Shown here one piece after another: positions 1 through 6,839 of a DNA stretch of 10,218 nt. The notes beneath the pieces are model-generated. The model did not search any database. It saw only the letters and a program-made list of their open reading frames with translations, and had not been told where the DNA came from. The stretch comes from an uncultured bacterium (GTDB taxonomy: Bacteria > Hydrogenedentota > Hydrogenedentia > Hydrogenedentales > JAEUWI01), in NCBI GenBank assembly GCA_963977445.1, contig CAXBPH010000253.1, positions 1 through 10,218 of the forward strand, read 5' to 3'. Numbering within the stretch: the stretch's first letter is position 1; every line of letters starts with the position of its first letter. The translations under genes and the position numbers were made by a program.

Positions 1-501
1 AATCTTATGCGCTTCCGTCGTCGCGAGGATAAAAACCGCGTGAGGCGGCGGCTCTTCCAGGGTTTTCAGGAGGGCATTAAAGGCACCGATGGAAAGCTGG
101 TGCACTTCGTCGATGATATAGACTTTGTAGCGGGCATTGGAGGGGACCATGCGGATGTTATCGCGCACTTCCCGAATATCGTCGACGCCATTGTTGGAGG
201 CACCATCGATTTCGATAACATCCATGCTGTTGCCCGCTGCAATGGAGGTGCAGTTGGTGCATTCACCACAGGGCTCCGCCGTTGGTTTGTCGGCGTTGAG
301 GCAATTGAGGGCCTTGGCCAGGATGCGGGCCGTGGTCGTCTTTCCGATACCCCGGGAGCCAATAAAGAGAAAGGCGTGGTGTATACGCCCCGATCGGATG
401 GCATTCTTGAGGGTGCGGGTGATGTGTTCCTGACCGACAACGCTTTCAAATGCCTGGGGGCGCCATTTTCGGGCCAGCACCAAGTATTGACTGTCTGCCA
501 T
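1..501 (-). CDS. dnaX: DNA polymerase III subunit gamma/tau, N-terminal 167 codons (truncated by the left window edge)
   Basis: Hand translation from ATG at 501 gives [67 protein letters not shown]...PCGECTNC...[17 protein letters not shown]...[43 protein letters not shown]. This has the ARKWRP motif, Walker A, 4-Cys Zn site, Walker B (DEVH) and [19 protein letters not shown] just upstream. Open to position 1 and absent from the supplied ORF track. Confidence 0.98.
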   Translation of the reverse strand, partial: MADSQYLVLARKWRPQAFESVVGQEHITRTLKNAIRSGRIHHAFLFIGSRGIGKTTTARILAKALNCLNADKPTAEPCGECTNCTSIAAGNSMDVIEIDGASNNGVDDIREVRDNIRMVPSNARYKVYIIDEVHQLSIGAFNALLKTLEEPPPHAVFILATTEAHKI

Positions 502-535
502 GCGCGCCTCCGGCCTTCGCCTTGCGATCCAACTG

Positions 536-807
536 CGTCTGCACCGAAGGGGAGCAACGGTGGAAATGGTGATGACGGTCAGGCACTCCTACAGCACACG
601 CGGCAGAAGACTGCGGCTGCTTCCGTCAGGACCTGACCGGGTTCGCCTACGTCGCGTTGAGTAGGACCCAACCGCCATCACCATTTACACCGTCTCGGAT
701 TGGGTCATCCCCATGGGGCGCATTGCAAGAACAATGCAGATCATCATGGAAACGATAGCGCACTCCACGTGGAGGCACAGAAATCCGGCTTTCAGTGAAA
801 ACAGACG
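536..807 (-). ncRNA. ffs: Signal recognition particle RNA; the core hairpin 557..693 is secure, the extension to ~272 nt (536..807) is inferred
   Basis: Minus strand reads GAACCCGGUCAGGUCCUGACGGAAGCAGCC, including the Ffh-binding helix-8 motif CAGG-UCC-loop-GGA-AGCAG (616..637). It caps a long stem pairing ACGGUGUAAAUGGUGAUGGCGGUUGGG..UCCUAC with GUAGGA..CCUGACCGUCAUCACCAUUUCCACCGU. It lies directly upstream of dnaX, a known ffs/scr-dnaX arrangement. Outer boundaries come from 5'/3' end complementarity and the promoter position. Confidence 0.93.
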
Positions 808-812
808 GCGCA

Positions 813-842
813 AGCGTACCATACGTAGAACAAAAGTGTCAA
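813..842 (-). promoter_or_regulatory. sigma70-type promoter for the SRP RNA (and possibly dnaX)
   Basis: Minus strand: perfect -35 TTGACA (842..837), 18-nt spacer ending in TGG (extended -10 TGn), -10 TACGCT (818..813), then a GC-rich discriminator TGCGCC typical of stable-RNA promoters. The predicted start at about 806-807 coincides with the start of the terminal helix. Confidence 0.75.
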
Positions 843-927
843 ACCAGATACCCTGTCTTCCATTCAGGCATCCCAGTCGCCTTCTCGAGTCCCAATTCAT
901 TCGGAGCGGCGTTTTATTGGGGGGCCG

Positions 928-3039
928 TCAGGCAGATGCGGTGTATTCACTATGCATGCGGTCCACATCGATGATCAGGGCCACGGAACCGTCTCCCATG
1001 AGTGCGCCCCCCGCGATGGATTCGGAGCCGCAGACGAGGCCCGCAATTGGCCGCACAACTACTTGTTGCACACCGACCACATGGTCCACCGAGACACCAA
1101 AGGCACCCTGCCGGGCCGCCAGCGTTACCACCAACTCAAACTCCCGCGCTCCATTTTCCGCGGGCTTGAGGCCGAGCAATCGATCCATGCTTACCAGCGG
1201 AATGATGTGGTCGTGATGTTTGAAGCACTGTCCCTGATCGGTGACCGTCAATATGTTTTCAAAGCCGAGCCGGGTTGTTTCCAGCACCTTGGTCATGGGG
1301 AAGACGAAGCGTTGGGCTCCGGACTCCACCAGGAAACCCGACACAATCTGTGTGGTTACCGATTTGGGTACGGTGACCTCGAAGGTAGTGCCTTCTCCTC
1401 GTTTACTGGAGACGTGAATGGAGCCACCGGCCTCTTCGACCATGCGCTTGACGACGTCCATGCCCACGCCCCGGCCGGAAACGTCGGTAATTTCTGCAGC
1501 CGTAGACACGCCCGATTGAAAGAGGAAGCTGATGACGTCCTCCTCAGAGAGTTGTTGGCCTTCTTCCACGATGCCCAACTCGGCGGCTTTTTTCTGTATG
1601 CGGTCCATGTCGAGACCACCGCCATCATCACGTATGGTTAAGGTGAGGTTGTTGGGCTGCTCTGCAACAGCGACCAGAATATTGCCTGCCCGCTGCTTGC
1701 CGCTAGCCAGTCGGTCGTCGGGGCTTTCGATGCCATGGTCGGCCGCGTTTCTGACCATATGGGTCAGGGGCGCTTCCAGCAGGTCGATGAGGCTCTTGTC
1801 TACTTCGATCGTTTCCCCCTCAACGACGACGGTGATTTCTTTATCGGATACGGAAGCGATATCCCGAACGAGTCGGGGCACCCGTTGTAAAATAGTACCC
1901 ACGGCCACCAAGCGAATGGACATAATACTTTTTTGTAAGTCATCCGAGAGTGCGGCAAAAGTCTCGTTGATACGACGGAAATCTGTGCGGAGATTTTGTT
2001 GATTTCCACTGCCGGTCATCCGGGATTCGAGGTGATTGAACATGTCCCGCACGACCAGCAGCTCGCCCACATAAGAGAGAAAGGTGTCCACGTGGGTTTC
2101 TGAGACCCGCATGGTCTTTGCGGCCTCTTCGCGATGTGCAGGCGGTGGGGGCGTTGCTGGAGCTTCTGCCGCCTTTTTTCCCGACGTGGTGTCGGGCGTG
2201 CTACCTTGCTCCGCTGCTGGAAACTCGATGTCCTGTATGCCGTCGAGAATGATGGATTGAATCAGATCGTCAAAGCCCAGCGAGTCCATGAAGGTATGGT
2301 AGTTGTCCAGCACCTCTTGTAACGTCGAACGGCTTTCGTCTGCCAGGGGAAGTTCGAGCAAGGATTCGAGGCAAGTGCCCACTTCTTTGGCAAGGGCGTC
2401 CTCGAGGGGGTCTGCCAGGGGATTTGCCAGGATTTCGAGAATGCGCTGACAGGCCGGGGGCCGGTTGCTGTCGCCGGGTGCCGCTGGCGTCCCGTGTTCA
2501 ACGAGGGCATATCGCGCGAGATCGGTGATGAGTTCGTCGATGGTAGTCACAACGGATTGGGGTTCGGAATCTACCATGGCCTTTATTCTGGCCAGTTGTT
2601 CCACCACCATTTTTCCGAGTTCAGTGATTCCCATTTCTTGATCGGCGATATTCTTCACCCGGGACACGAGGGCGTCAAATAATTCCTGATCGCGAACCTC
2701 GGGGTTACCCGCCCTGCCGCGTTCGAGCATTTCCTTTAAGAGATCGACACCGGCCAGTTCTGCGCCGATGAGTTCTGAGGAGACGCCAAGATTTTTCTTT
2801 CTCACGAGATCGAGGATGGTTTCCATCTCGTGGGACAAGGTTTTTACGCAGGGAAAATCGAAGAAGGAGGAATTGCCTTTTATGGAGTGAATCGGCCGAA
2901 AGATAGCTTGCACCACATCCAGATTCTCGGGCTCATTTTCCAGAGAAACGAAAAGGCTTTCCAGCCCCGACAACATCTCAAGAGATTCGTCGATGAACTC
3001 CGTGCGGAGCGCGGCATCTACTGCGAGGTCGGTTTCCAA
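928..3039 (-). CDS. cheA: Chemotaxis-type histidine kinase CheA (Hpt - helical insert - dimerisation - HATPase - CheW-like P5), 703 aa
   Basis: Hpt motif FIDES...AIFRPIHSIKGNSSF, dimerisation start TMRVSETHVDTFLSYVGELLV, N-box LTHMVRNAADHGIE, G1 IRDDGGG, F-box LFQSGVSTA, G2 DVSGRGVGMDVVK, and C-terminal P5 GVSVDHVVGVQQVVVRPI...IAGGALMGDGSVALIIDV. TTG start with an AAGGA RBS overlapping the upstream stop codon. Confidence 0.95.
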   Translation of the reverse strand: METDLAVDAALRTEFIDESLEMLSGLESLFVSLENEPENLDVVQAIFRPIHSIKGNSSFFDFPCVKTLSHEMETILDLVRKKNLGVSSELIGAELAGVDLLKEMLERGRAGNPEVRDQELFDALVSRVKNIADQEMGITELGKMVVEQLARIKAMVDSEPQSVVTTIDELITDLARYALVEHGTPAAPGDSNRPPACQRILEILANPLADPLEDALAKEVGTCLESLLELPLADESRSTLQEVLDNYHTFMDSLGFDDLIQSIILDGIQDIEFPAAEQGSTPDTTSGKKAAEAPATPPPPAHREEAAKTMRVSETHVDTFLSYVGELLVVRDMFNHLESRMTGSGNQQNLRTDFRRINETFAALSDDLQKSIMSIRLVAVGTILQRVPRLVRDIASVSDKEITVVVEGETIEVDKSLIDLLEAPLTHMVRNAADHGIESPDDRLASGKQRAGNILVAVAEQPNNLTLTIRDDGGGLDMDRIQKKAAELGIVEEGQQLSEEDVISFLFQSGVSTAAEITDVSGRGVGMDVVKRMVEEAGGSIHVSSKRGEGTTFEVTVPKSVTTQIVSGFLVESGAQRFVFPMTKVLETTRLGFENILTVTDQGQCFKHHDHIIPLVSMDRLLGLKPAENGAREFELVVTLAARQGAFGVSVDHVVGVQQVVVRPIAGLVCGSESIAGGALMGDGSVALIIDVDRMHSEYTASA

Positions 3040-3050
3040 AGAGGTTATCC

Positions 3051-3473
3051 TTACGCGGTCGGAGGTTTCATCGATTGGAGCTGCTTAAGCAGGTCCAGCC
3101 AGTGCCCGATATGTTTCACAGCGTCAGCGACTGCTTGCTCAAGCTGACCCAGTTCTTCCAGCGGTTTAAAAATGAGCGTGTCAGCTCCGAGACGCATACA
3201 CGTCAGTGCATTGTCCATCGTTACATATCCGGTCATCATGATAACATGGGTCATCGGGTATTGCCGTCGAATTTCCCGTAGCATCTCGGTGCCATTCATA
3301 ACCGGCATCATGATATCTGAGATGACGATGTCGTATCGCGCCTCGCCCATCACTTGCAGTGCCTGTGCACCGTGTTCCGCTACGTCTACCTCAAATCCGA
3401 GAAAGCGAAAGTGTCGCTGTACCATTTCTCTGATTTCCGGCTCGTCGTCTACAATGAGTAGCTTTACTTTCAT
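3051..3473 (-). CDS. Single-domain response regulator (REC plus short C-terminal helix), 140 aa
   Basis: LLIVDDE acidic pair, phospho-acceptor in ISDIMMPVMNG, conserved T in MMTG, K in FKP. AAGGA RBS upstream. Its stop codon is 11 nt before the cheA start. Confidence 0.95.
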   Translation of the reverse strand: MKVKLLIVDDEPEIREMVQRHFRFLGFEVDVAEHGAQALQVMGEARYDIVISDIMMPVMNGTEMLREIRRQYPMTHVIMMTGYVTMDNALTCMRLGADTLIFKPLEELGQLEQAVADAVKHIGHWLDLLKQLQSMKPPTA

Positions 3474-3552
3474 ATTGGCGATCCTTGTCGTTGATGAATA
3501 TCACGATGTCGCCGGCCCCAACTGTCTGGCCAACTATGACGCTAGATTATAA

Positions 3553-4776
3553 TCAGAAAACATTTTTGTTGATGGGTAGGGTCATAATAAATCGCGCCCC
3601 ACCTCCGTTTCGGTTTTCCACGCGGTAGGTTCCGCCGTGGCTTTCAATAATTCCCAGGCTGATGGAAAGCCCCAAGCCCGTTCCTTTGCCAATGCCTTTG
3701 GTGGTAAAAAAAGGGTCCCAGATTTTTCCGATTATTTCGGCGGGAATTCCCGAACCCGTATCTTCAAAATTGATGAGGATGTTATCATTTTCGCTAGAGG
3801 TCGTAATCGATATTACACCGGGCGCTGTGGGCCGAATGGCGTCACAGGCGTTTACGACCATATTCACAAATACCTGCTCGATCTGGTGGGGGGTCGCAAG
3901 GACCTGTGGCAAATCAGTCGCGAGGTTTAATGTTGCCGTTGCCGTCCGCCTCAGAGCACTATCACACAACTCGAGGGCGGCGTGGATGCAATCGTTTATC
4001 TGCGTCGGCTCCAGGTCATCGGAGCCTTCGTGATGGGCATAGGTTCTAAGGCCTTTAACGATTTTTGAAATACGAACAACCCCCGACCGCATGCCGTTGA
4101 GAATATTGGGGGCCTCCTTCAGGATAAAGCCCAACCGGGAATCTTCCTGGTCGGATTTCGCCACTTCTCGTAATGAAGTTTCCACCACCGGCCAGAATTT
4201 TTCCAGGGTTTGCACGTTTCCAGAAAGGAGGGTTGTGGAATTGTTTATCTCGTGGGCAATGCCGGCGATCATGGTGCCCAACGTGACCATGCGATCCGCA
4301 TGCACCAGTTGTTTTGCCCGCTCTTCCGCCAGGAGTTCCATCTGGGTGGCGTACCGTTGAAGCTCTTCATTCTTGCAGGCCAATTCAGTTTCGTAGCCGA
4401 CAACACGCAACCCCACTTTCAGCCAGGCTTCGAGTTCTGGCGGGTCGGTGGGCTTTGTGATATAGGCATGGGCTCCGGCGGTGAGGCCCCTAAACAAGTC
4501 GGCTTGTTCCGATTTGCTGGTGAGCAGAATCGTGTAAACAAAGGCACCCAGTTCATCCGCGATCCACTCGCAGACTTCCGGGCCACTCCGATTGGGCATC
4601 ATCCAATCCAGAATGGCAATACGGGGTCCGTCGGGCTGCGCCAAGGCCTCCTGCGCGGCCAGGCCGTCTTTACAGGGTATGGGTTCGAATCCCCATTTTG
4701 CCAGGAGGCGCACAATCACCAGGCGTGATGACCGGAGGTCTTCGGCAATGAGGACTTTGGTTTTTGTGGTTTCCAT
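3553..4776 (-). CDS. Cytoplasmic hybrid histidine kinase: N-terminal REC, coiled coil, HisKA, HATPase_c (NtrB-like kinase core)
   Basis: REC motifs KVLIAED, AILDWMMP, LLTS, YITKP; H-box IAGIAHEINN; N-box QVFVNMVVNACDAI; G1 EDTGSGI; F-box WDPFFTTK; G2 GKGTGLGLS. No hydrophobic TM segment. Start taken as ATG 4776 (METTKTK); the in-frame GTG at 4797 is an alternative. Confidence 0.93.
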   Translation of the reverse strand: METTKTKVLIAEDLRSSRLVIVRLLAKWGFEPIPCKDGLAAQEALAQPDGPRIAILDWMMPNRSGPEVCEWIADELGAFVYTILLTSKSEQADLFRGLTAGAHAYITKPTDPPELEAWLKVGLRVVGYETELACKNEELQRYATQMELLAEERAKQLVHADRMVTLGTMIAGIAHEINNSTTLLSGNVQTLEKFWPVVETSLREVAKSDQEDSRLGFILKEAPNILNGMRSGVVRISKIVKGLRTYAHHEGSDDLEPTQINDCIHAALELCDSALRRTATATLNLATDLPQVLATPHQIEQVFVNMVVNACDAIRPTAPGVISITTSSENDNILINFEDTGSGIPAEIIGKIWDPFFTTKGIGKGTGLGLSISLGIIESHGGTYRVENRNGGGARFIMTLPINKNVF

Positions 4777-5044
4777 GGAAATAATTACCCCAATCACCTT
4801 ATCATCACTTCAGAGCATACCAGTGTGGCGGGAAAATGGGAAGCACAATACGTTCCGTTAGACCCGAATACGGCCGTTTTCAGCAATAATATTCCGTGAT
4901 GACGCGCAGTACCAGCGCTTCCTCAGGATGGGGTATACTCTAGTCCGTGTATGGGTGTAGTGCCCTGCCACTATGTGTAGCGATACGAATACAACAAATC
5001 GAACTGATCGCGATGCGATCGCGTTTTCGGTGGAGCAACGTGCA

Positions 5045-6796
5045 ATGATGTCCTTTGGGTCCAGAAATCTGACCACTCTTTCCCTCATCCTGATAGGGTT
5101 TCTCTCCGGACAGGCCATGGCGGATCCCAATTTGCCATGGACACTGCGCAATCACTATAGCATTCCTCTTGAAGAAGGGGTGATCATCTACGCGGAAGAT
5201 AATGGGGAATGGCGCGTTTTGATGAAAGACGGCACGATCCTCGCCAACGGCATCGGCTTCTCCATAGGCTTGGCCGATGGCACGGAACTGACCGGCCTTA
5301 ATCTGGGAGATGGATCGCCCAGCCGTGATTCCTTTGCCCATGAGCTTGGTGATGGCACAACCTACTCGGTCACGTTCGCGCCCAAAAACGGCTTGAAAGT
5401 GAAGCATATATTGCGGACCTTTAAGGCCCGCCCCTTTGTATTTGTAGAAATTGAGGTAGAGAACGTCGGTACTGCGGACGTCTCCATTACGAACATCCGA
5501 CCTGTATTTGCGGAGACTTCGGTTATGCAGGCCTTGAGCCCCCAGACACGGATCCACTATCGTCGGATGCGGGAAATGGGCGGTCAGCCGGTAGTTGTAT
5601 CTGAAAAAGACGCTATGATGGTCGTAATCAATGATCCGACGAAATCTTTTTGCCTGGGATTGGGCATGATGCCCGCCGGCCCGGCCCGGTCGTCCATTTC
5701 CTTTCGGGAAAGCAAAGGGGAGTGGCACGGCGATATAATTTGCCGTTATGAGCCCATGAAGATTCTCGCACCGGGTGAGACGCTGGCTTCCGATCCCCTC
5801 TGGATGTCCAACGGCGTGCCCGAATCCCATCGCGTCGACCTCTATTACGCCTGGTCCTACAGCATGTATGTGGACAACCCGAAGAGTGCCTTTACGGCCC
5901 GCGGCTGGTATACCCTTACCGAATCCAACGGATTGGACGATTACCGTTCTTCCGGCTCGGGTTGGAAGGGCGTCGGCATTGACCACGTACTTTTGGGTCG
6001 GGGTTGGGAAGGTCGCCCTGGGTCCTTTCAGGGCGCGGCGCCTCGTTTTCCCAAGAATATGAAGTCGGCCGTTGACGCGCTGACCGGTGATGGGCTCCAG
6101 GTGGGCCTCACGATAGACCCCCTTGTCGCGGAAGCGGGTGGTCAGTCCTGGACCTTCGAATCGAGCGATGGCCAGGCGTGGCTCAATCCGGGCGCTCCCG
6201 AGGCTATCAAGGCGATTGGCGACAAGCTGTCCACCCTGAAGGGTATGGGCGCGGCATTTATCGTGGTGGATATGTCACTCATACCTGACGCCGCGCTGGA
6301 GGCCTTTCGCCTTACCCGTGCCGAAGCCCAGAATCTCGCCTTCAAGGCGCTTCGGGATGGTGCCGACCCCCTTACGGTTTTTCCAGCGTCATCAGCGCTG
6401 CTTCGGGATGACGTGAATGACTGGCTTGATGCCGGTAGTGCGGTGGCCCGTATGGCTATCTACGGCGTGAATCCGGCCCCGATTCGCTGCGATTTCAGCA
6501 ACGGCTCTGACATCACCGAAGATCTTGGTACGGCCGTCAGTTTCTGGCCCGGTCCCATCGAGTTTCAAGGAAACGTAACCCGCCGTCTGAGTGATGAGTT
6601 GGGCGGCATGATTCGCCGGGCCCGTGTTGCCGGTCAGCCTATGGATGCCGAAATGAGCTCGCCCCGTACCTGGCAGGTACAGGATTATGATGGCGAGGGG
6701 AAATTGACCGCCGAACGTACGGTTTCCGTTGGTGGAGCGCTCGCAACCCAGGTGTCAAACATCGTGGCACCTGAGGCCACGACACCTGCCTCCTGA
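5045..6796 (+). CDS. Secreted protein with a glycoside hydrolase clan D (GH36 alpha-galactosidase-like) architecture, catalytic motifs degenerate
   Basis: GGAG RBS at 5032-5035 favours ATG 5045 over 4973. The N-terminus MMSFGSRNLTTLSLILIGFLSGQAMA|DP looks like a Sec signal peptide. A beta-rich N-terminal half is followed by TIM-barrel-like segments recalling GH36: RGWYT, IDHVLLGRGWE, RFPKNMKSAVDAL..GLQVGLTIDPL, WLNPGAPEA..GAAFIVVDM. Family assignment is by eye only. Confidence 0.62.
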   Translation: MMSFGSRNLTTLSLILIGFLSGQAMADPNLPWTLRNHYSIPLEEGVIIYAEDNGEWRVLMKDGTILANGIGFSIGLADGTELTGLNLGDGSPSRDSFAHELGDGTTYSVTFAPKNGLKVKHILRTFKARPFVFVEIEVENVGTADVSITNIRPVFAETSVMQALSPQTRIHYRRMREMGGQPVVVSEKDAMMVVINDPTKSFCLGLGMMPAGPARSSISFRESKGEWHGDIICRYEPMKILAPGETLASDPLWMSNGVPESHRVDLYYAWSYSMYVDNPKSAFTARGWYTLTESNGLDDYRSSGSGWKGVGIDHVLLGRGWEGRPGSFQGAAPRFPKNMKSAVDALTGDGLQVGLTIDPLVAEAGGQSWTFESSDGQAWLNPGAPEAIKAIGDKLSTLKGMGAAFIVVDMSLIPDAALEAFRLTRAEAQNLAFKALRDGADPLTVFPASSALLRDDVNDWLDAGSAVARMAIYGVNPAPIRCDFSNGSDITEDLGTAVSFWPGPIEFQGNVTRRLSDELGGMIRRARVAGQPMDAEMSSPRTWQVQDYDGEGKLTAERTVSVGGALATQVSNIVAPEATTPAS

Positions 6797-6839
6797 CGGG
6801 TTCGCGTAACCATGAATTGAAGCGCATTTCAGCGGGTCA

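Noticed and set aside
7..636. 209-aa plus-strand ORF (also 66..557 minus and 137..433 plus)
   Set aside because: Antisense or out-of-frame shadows of dnaX; 7..636 also overlaps the SRP RNA. The real gene is the minus-strand frame starting at 501.
557..693. Long imperfect inverted repeat that could be read as a MITE, REP element or terminator
   Set aside because: It is explained as the SRP RNA main stem: the loop carries the Ffh-binding motif and the G-U pairs are strand-specific.
709..718. Perfect palindromes CCCCATGGGG (709..718) and CTCCACGTGGAG (763..774) as operator sites
   Set aside because: Both lie downstream of the promoter within the predicted RNA and are accounted for by its helices; there is no independent support for protein binding.
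685..1216. ORFs 685..900 (-) and 713..1216 (+)
   Set aside because: They overlap the ffs promoter, the structured RNA domain and the cheA 3' end, and show no recognisable motifs.
3546..3551. Perfect TATAAT on the minus strand just after the kinase stop codon (possible internal promoter for the REC-cheA genes)
   Set aside because: No credible -35 element or TGn extension at the right spacing; a lone hexamer is insufficient.
3530..4260. Locally AT-richer stretches in the kinase 3' half, hinting at horizontal acquisition of the signalling trio
   Set aside because: The signal is patchy (the 5' part of the same gene is GC-rich) and no integrase, transposase or flanking direct repeat is visible. 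It would need genome-wide codon-usage comparison.
952..4861. Multiple plus-strand ORFs opposite cheA, the response regulator and the kinase (e.g. 952..1641, 1532..2002, 3172..3552, 4210..4728)
   Set aside because: Antisense shadows of well-supported genes, expected in GC-rich DNA.
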